A stretch of 63,586 bases of DNA, the filler included, from Planctomycetota bacterium (GTDB lineage: Bacteria; Planctomycetota; Planctomycetia; JALXBF01), in NCBI GenBank assembly GCA_026991575.1. It is 7 parts of 7 records of this genome, joined end to end, with 100 filler letters (N's around TTAATTAATTAA, not from the genome) between each part and the next. Parts side by side here need not be neighbours in the genome. Positions count along the whole stretch, not along the records: positions 58,436 to 63,586 come from JALXBF010000111.1; 6 more parts are not named here. One strand, 5' to 3'. The notes under the pieces are model-generated. The model was not told the DNA's origin, ran no database searches, and saw nothing but the letters and a program-made list of their open reading frames with translations. Each line of letters starts with the position of its first letter. Position 1 is the stretch's first letter. Below are positions 59,999 through 63,586 of this stretch, in pieces. A program made the position numbers and the translations under genes.

Positions 59999-60337
59999 GG
60001 GGGGCGCCTGCGGGGACTCACCTCTGTCTACTCACGGAGCAGGTGCACACTGGCCGAAGGGGGGGCGCTTGCAAGGCACCGTGTGCAGGGGAGGGGGGCT
60101 ATTGCGCGCCGGTGCCGCCGACGGTGCGAGACCGTCCGCTTGCGCACGCGCCTGCAAGGAGCGCACCCCGTCTACACGCCGGTGCTCCGATGAGCAATGT
60201 GTCGCGCGTGCCCGCGCTCCGGCGTGCCCGGTCCGAAGTCGCTGCCGCCGCCTGCGTCAGCGATAAACTCCAGTTCGCGACCACTTGTCTGCGACGCTGC
60301 GGGGAGGTTAAATTAGCGGTATCTCGCCAGTTCGGTT

Positions 60338-62182
60338 GTGGAGAGCGGTGTTGTGGACCGGCGGACCGGGGAAAAGAAAGAAGACCTGATCCAGGCTGGC
60401 ACCAGTGCACGGGAGACTCACTCGGCCGAGCTCGATGCGATGGACTCGGTCTTGGCCGACTTCCGGGCTGCCTGGGAACGTTCCGAGGAGAGCTCCGAGG
60501 GGGTAGAGTTCTCTCAGGCAGTAGAACGTGATTCGTGTGTACTGGTCCTGGCTCAAGACATCGCGTGTCGGTGGGAACGCGGCGAGCAGCCAACCACTTC
60601 GTTTTATCTGTCCCTCCCGGGCGTGGACGCCGACCTGGTCCGGGAGGCGTTCTCGTGTGCGAAGCGGCTGCTGCAGCGAAGTAGACCTCCCCGGGGTTCA
60701 GCCCTCGAGGCAGTATCTGGCCCGACGCTGGATGGTCGTTTGGAAGGATACGACCTTGTGCATATGGTGGGGGCTGGCAATCAAGGCGTCGTGTACAAAG
60801 CGTTTGACCGCTGTCTCAAGCGGTTTGTGGCTATCAAGGTGGCTCGGAGTCGGGGTTGCTTCGAAGCGCGTAGTCACGCGCGGCTCCTTCGTGAAGCACG
60901 TTGCATGGCGACGCTGCGGCACCCGGGAGTCGTCGCGATCCACGAGGTGGGATTCTGGGAAGGGTTGCCGTACATCGTCAGCGAGTGGGTCGACGGACAG
61001 GTTCTGTCCGCATGGCGGCGACAGAACCGGCCGTCGTTTCGCCAGATCGCAGCCGTGACTGCGCTGGTCGCCCATGCGCTCCACCACTGTCACCAGCAAG
61101 GAGTTATTCACCGAGACGTGAAGCCCACGAACATTCTCATCACGGCAGACGGCATTCCTAAGATCACGGATTACGGACTGGCCTACCTGCATGGCGAAGC
61201 GACGGTCACGCATGCCGGAGATCTGCTTGGCACGCCCGCTTACATGTCTCCCGAGTTGGCTCGGGGAGAGGCTCACCTTGTGGACAGACGCACTGACATT
61301 TACAGTTTGGGTGTGGTCCTTTACGAGCTGCTCACTGGCGAGCTGCCATTTCGCGGTACTGCACGTGCTGTGCTCACGCAGGTCTTGTATGACGACCCGC
61401 CGCGCCCACGGGCGCTGAATCCCGCCATTCCGCGCGATCTTGAGGCGATATGCCTTAAGGCGATGGCTCGCGAGCCCCGGGCCCGCTATCAAACCGCGGC
61501 TGAACTGGCCGACGACCTGGAACGCTATCTGCGCGGAGCGTCGGTACGGGCAAGGACTACGTCCCTATGCGCTCGAGCGGTACGGTGGTGTCGTGATCCG
61601 CATCGCGTGCGGGACTGCGGAGCATGTTCGATTTTTCTGTGCACCGTGCTCCTCATCTGGTCACTGTGGGGGATAGCCTGGCAACTCGTGGGACCGTGGA
61701 CTCCGGAAAAAGCGGCCGCAACCGCTCAGCTTGGCAGCCTCGCGCTGGGTGTCTACCTGCCAGGGATCGTCCTCGGTTATCGAACAACGCGGTACCGGTT
61801 AGGAGGGATCGTGGGATCACTGGTGGTCAGCATAGCGGCAATGGTGGTGGTGCAGGTGTGGGGCCATCAAGAACAGCTGGGCATCCGCCTGCTAAAAGTG
61901 GGCACCTTGTACGAGAGTCGCCAGGCGATCCTGCCAGTCTACGCGCTGTTGACCACATCTCTCACAGTCTTGATCGCTGCCGCGACGTTAGCATTGACTG
62001 CGTACATGAGTAATCGAGAAACAATGCGATGGTACCGATTGTCTTATGCTGCGTCCGATATAAGGACTAGCGGGAACCAGTCTGTGGCCCACCGGCCCGA
62101 GCAACCCCGTGCGTCAGCTGCATCCGGTAACCCGGGTGGCGAGGCACGCGCGCAGAACTCGAGGGGGACGGGCACACCGTGA
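60338..62182 (+). CDS. Hanks-type Ser/Thr protein kinase with about 4 C-terminal TM helices
   Basis: GAGNQGVV, VAIK, HRDVKPTN, DYGLA, GTPAYMSPE, DIYSLGVVLYELLTG, PRDLEAICLKAM. Confidence 0.95.
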   Translation: MESGVVDRRTGEKKEDLIQAGTSARETHSAELDAMDSVLADFRAAWERSEESSEGVEFSQAVERDSCVLVLAQDIACRWERGEQPTTSFYLSLPGVDADLVREAFSCAKRLLQRSRPPRGSALEAVSGPTLDGRLEGYDLVHMVGAGNQGVVYKAFDRCLKRFVAIKVARSRGCFEARSHARLLREARCMATLRHPGVVAIHEVGFWEGLPYIVSEWVDGQVLSAWRRQNRPSFRQIAAVTALVAHALHHCHQQGVIHRDVKPTNILITADGIPKITDYGLAYLHGEATVTHAGDLLGTPAYMSPELARGEAHLVDRRTDIYSLGVVLYELLTGELPFRGTARAVLTQVLYDDPPRPRALNPAIPRDLEAICLKAMAREPRARYQTAAELADDLERYLRGASVRARTTSLCARAVRWCRDPHRVRDCGACSIFLCTVLLIWSLWGIAWQLVGPWTPEKAAATAQLGSLALGVYLPGIVLGYRTTRYRLGGIVGSLVVSIAAMVVVQVWGHQEQLGIRLLKVGTLYESRQAILPVYALLTTSLTVLIAAATLALTAYMSNRETMRWYRLSYAASDIRTSGNQSVAHRPEQPRASAASGNPGGEARAQNSRGTGTP

Positions 62183-62198
62183 CGACTGAGGAAGCACT

Positions 62199-62843
62199 AT
62201 GGCACACCCTCCAGGTGAATTCGACCAAGACCCAATTGTCAACTATCAAGGAATGAATCTTGACGAATTAATCGCGGCATGGCAGCTGGGCGACCAGGAA
62301 GCCGCGGGTGAGATCTTCGCGAGGTTCAGTAAACAGCTCCTGCCTGTGGTCCGAAGAAAACTGCACCCACGCCTTCTGTCGAAGATCGATCCGGAGGATA
62401 TCGTCCAGTCTGTGTATCGAACAGTTGTGCGACGCCAGAAGGAGGGGACGATCGACCTTCATGGCGCGCCAGAACTGGCAGCTCTTCTCATGACTATCGC
62501 TGTAAGGAAGTGCATTGATAAGGCCAGGTATTACTTTTCTCAACAGCGAGACCCGCGACGTGAAGTACCCCTGGACGTGGCCAGTCACGAACATGCACAC
62601 ATCCGTGCGTTTCTCAGCGGAGCATCTGCCAGCGACTTAGAAGATAGCGTGGACGAGTGTCTGCAGCGTCTTAGAAACGAGCTGGACCCTAACACATGGA
62701 ATGTTTTGGAGCTGCGACTGCAGGGATTAAGTACTTCGGCGATTGCGAACCGTCTCGGCTGCTCTGTGCGCACGGTGCAGTTGCGGCTGGCGCTGGTTCG
62801 GAGGCACTTGGAAGAAATGAGATCACAGCAAAGAGAGGGGTGA
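62199..62843 (+). CDS. ECF sigma factor, planctomycete kinase-associated type
   Basis: GDQEAAGEIF, IDPEDIVQSVYRT, TIAVRK, QRDPRRE, LRLQGLSTSAIANRLGCSVRTVQLRL. Confidence 0.9.
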   Translation: MAHPPGEFDQDPIVNYQGMNLDELIAAWQLGDQEAAGEIFARFSKQLLPVVRRKLHPRLLSKIDPEDIVQSVYRTVVRRQKEGTIDLHGAPELAALLMTIAVRKCIDKARYYFSQQRDPRREVPLDVASHEHAHIRAFLSGASASDLEDSVDECLQRLRNELDPNTWNVLELRLQGLSTSAIANRLGCSVRTVQLRLALVRRHLEEMRSQQREG

Positions 62844-62899
62844 CCCGTCGAGAGACACGTTCCGAGACCAGACGGGCCGTCCTCATGCAACGGGCGCAG

Positions 62900-63190
62900 C
62901 GAACGGTGCCGGGAAGCACACGACGACAGCGAGAGAGGCCGGCCTGGAGGCGGGCGAGAGCTAATGGGCTGAGCTGCGTCCCCGTCAGCACCAGCTCTTC
63001 CGGGCCCTCGGCGTACGCGAGGAGCGGCAACGGATCATCGCCAACCTCCGTGCGGGCCAGGTCCAGCCGGTTCCTGGAAGCCACCTCCGTAACGGAGGCG
63101 GCTCGGATGTCCGTGACCTGTTGGCCGGTCAGCCCAGTGCGCCGGTGCCGAGGACGCTTACCGAGCACAAGGGCTGTGTCAGTGGTGTTT
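62900..63190 (-). pseudogene. Degenerate leucine-rich-repeat gene remnant
   Basis: TTDTALV...LTGQQVTD...LDLARTEVGDD.L.LL...ELVLTGTQLS..ALARLQAGLSRC resembles the last LxLxxTxVTDxxL repeats and capping motif; 5' end abuts the IS end. Confidence 0.55.
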
Positions 63191-63192
63191 TG

Positions 63193-63586
63193 AGCTCGAC
63201 TCTGGCGGTTTCTGAACGCCCCGTGCGGATGCTTAGCAGGATGAGCGTGGGACGTAGGAGTGATGGGGGCGACTTGTGCAAGTGGCCTGCGAGGGGGCTA
63301 CTTGCAAAAATACAGTGCTCCCAGATGTAGGTCCGGGCGACAGACAGCATGTCGGAGAAGCAGATGGTCTTCTTCCCCTGCCAACGGACAACCGGTTCGG
63401 CGTCTTGTCTTGTGAAACGAAGACGGGCATAAATGAGGACGACAACGGAGTAGAGGCCTAATAGCAAGGGGGTGGCGCGGGAGACGGACCTGGCGAGGCG
63501 ACAGCGCAGGGTTTCTGGTCGGAAGTAGGTCTTGACCTCCTGGAAGGTGGCTTCGATGTTCCAGCGGCCGGTGTAGATGGAGACGA
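63193..63586 (-). mobile_element. IS701-like transposase 3' part and right end (runs off the window)
   Basis: YTGRWNIEATFQEVK, TPLLLGLYS, WQGK..ICFSDML, ending TARVEL over the terminal-repeat-like GCCAGAGTCGAGCT. Confidence 0.8.

Noticed and set aside
1..63586. CRISPR array, rRNA or prophage
   Set aside because: No regularly spaced repeats, rRNA-like sequence or phage genes recognised by eye.

Overview
The window is not continuous DNA. It is seven high-GC contigs joined by six artificial N44-TTAATTAATTAA-N44 linkers, so adjacency across linkers means nothing. Most contigs carry Planctomycetota hallmarks (DUF1501 and PSD1/DUF1549/DUF1553 genes, planctomycete-type S1, PQQ propellers, Ser/Thr kinase plus ECF sigma). 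Contig 1 is a surface-polysaccharide operon (DegT aminotransferase, TPP-dependent E1 alpha/beta pair, sugar transferase, CapD/WbpM-like gene) interrupted by an IS5 element. Contig 2 has tRNA-Leu(GAG), a Tat aldo/keto reductase, a Spy-like protein and DUF1501. Contig 3 has a MATE transporter, pdxS-pdxT, rpsA and a six-gene envelope cluster. Contig 4 has fumC, AmmeMemoRadiSam B, a sialidase-DUF1080 fusion, a debranching enzyme and DUF1553-DUF1501. Contig 5 has a Rrf2/qNor/Ric nitric-oxide module. Contig 6 has a PSD1 cytochrome and a Gfo/Idh/MocA gene. Contig 7 has an orphan thrS 3' fragment beside an IS-flanked kinase-ECF island. No CRISPR array or rRNA was seen. All family calls come from motif recognition by eye; no database searches were run.
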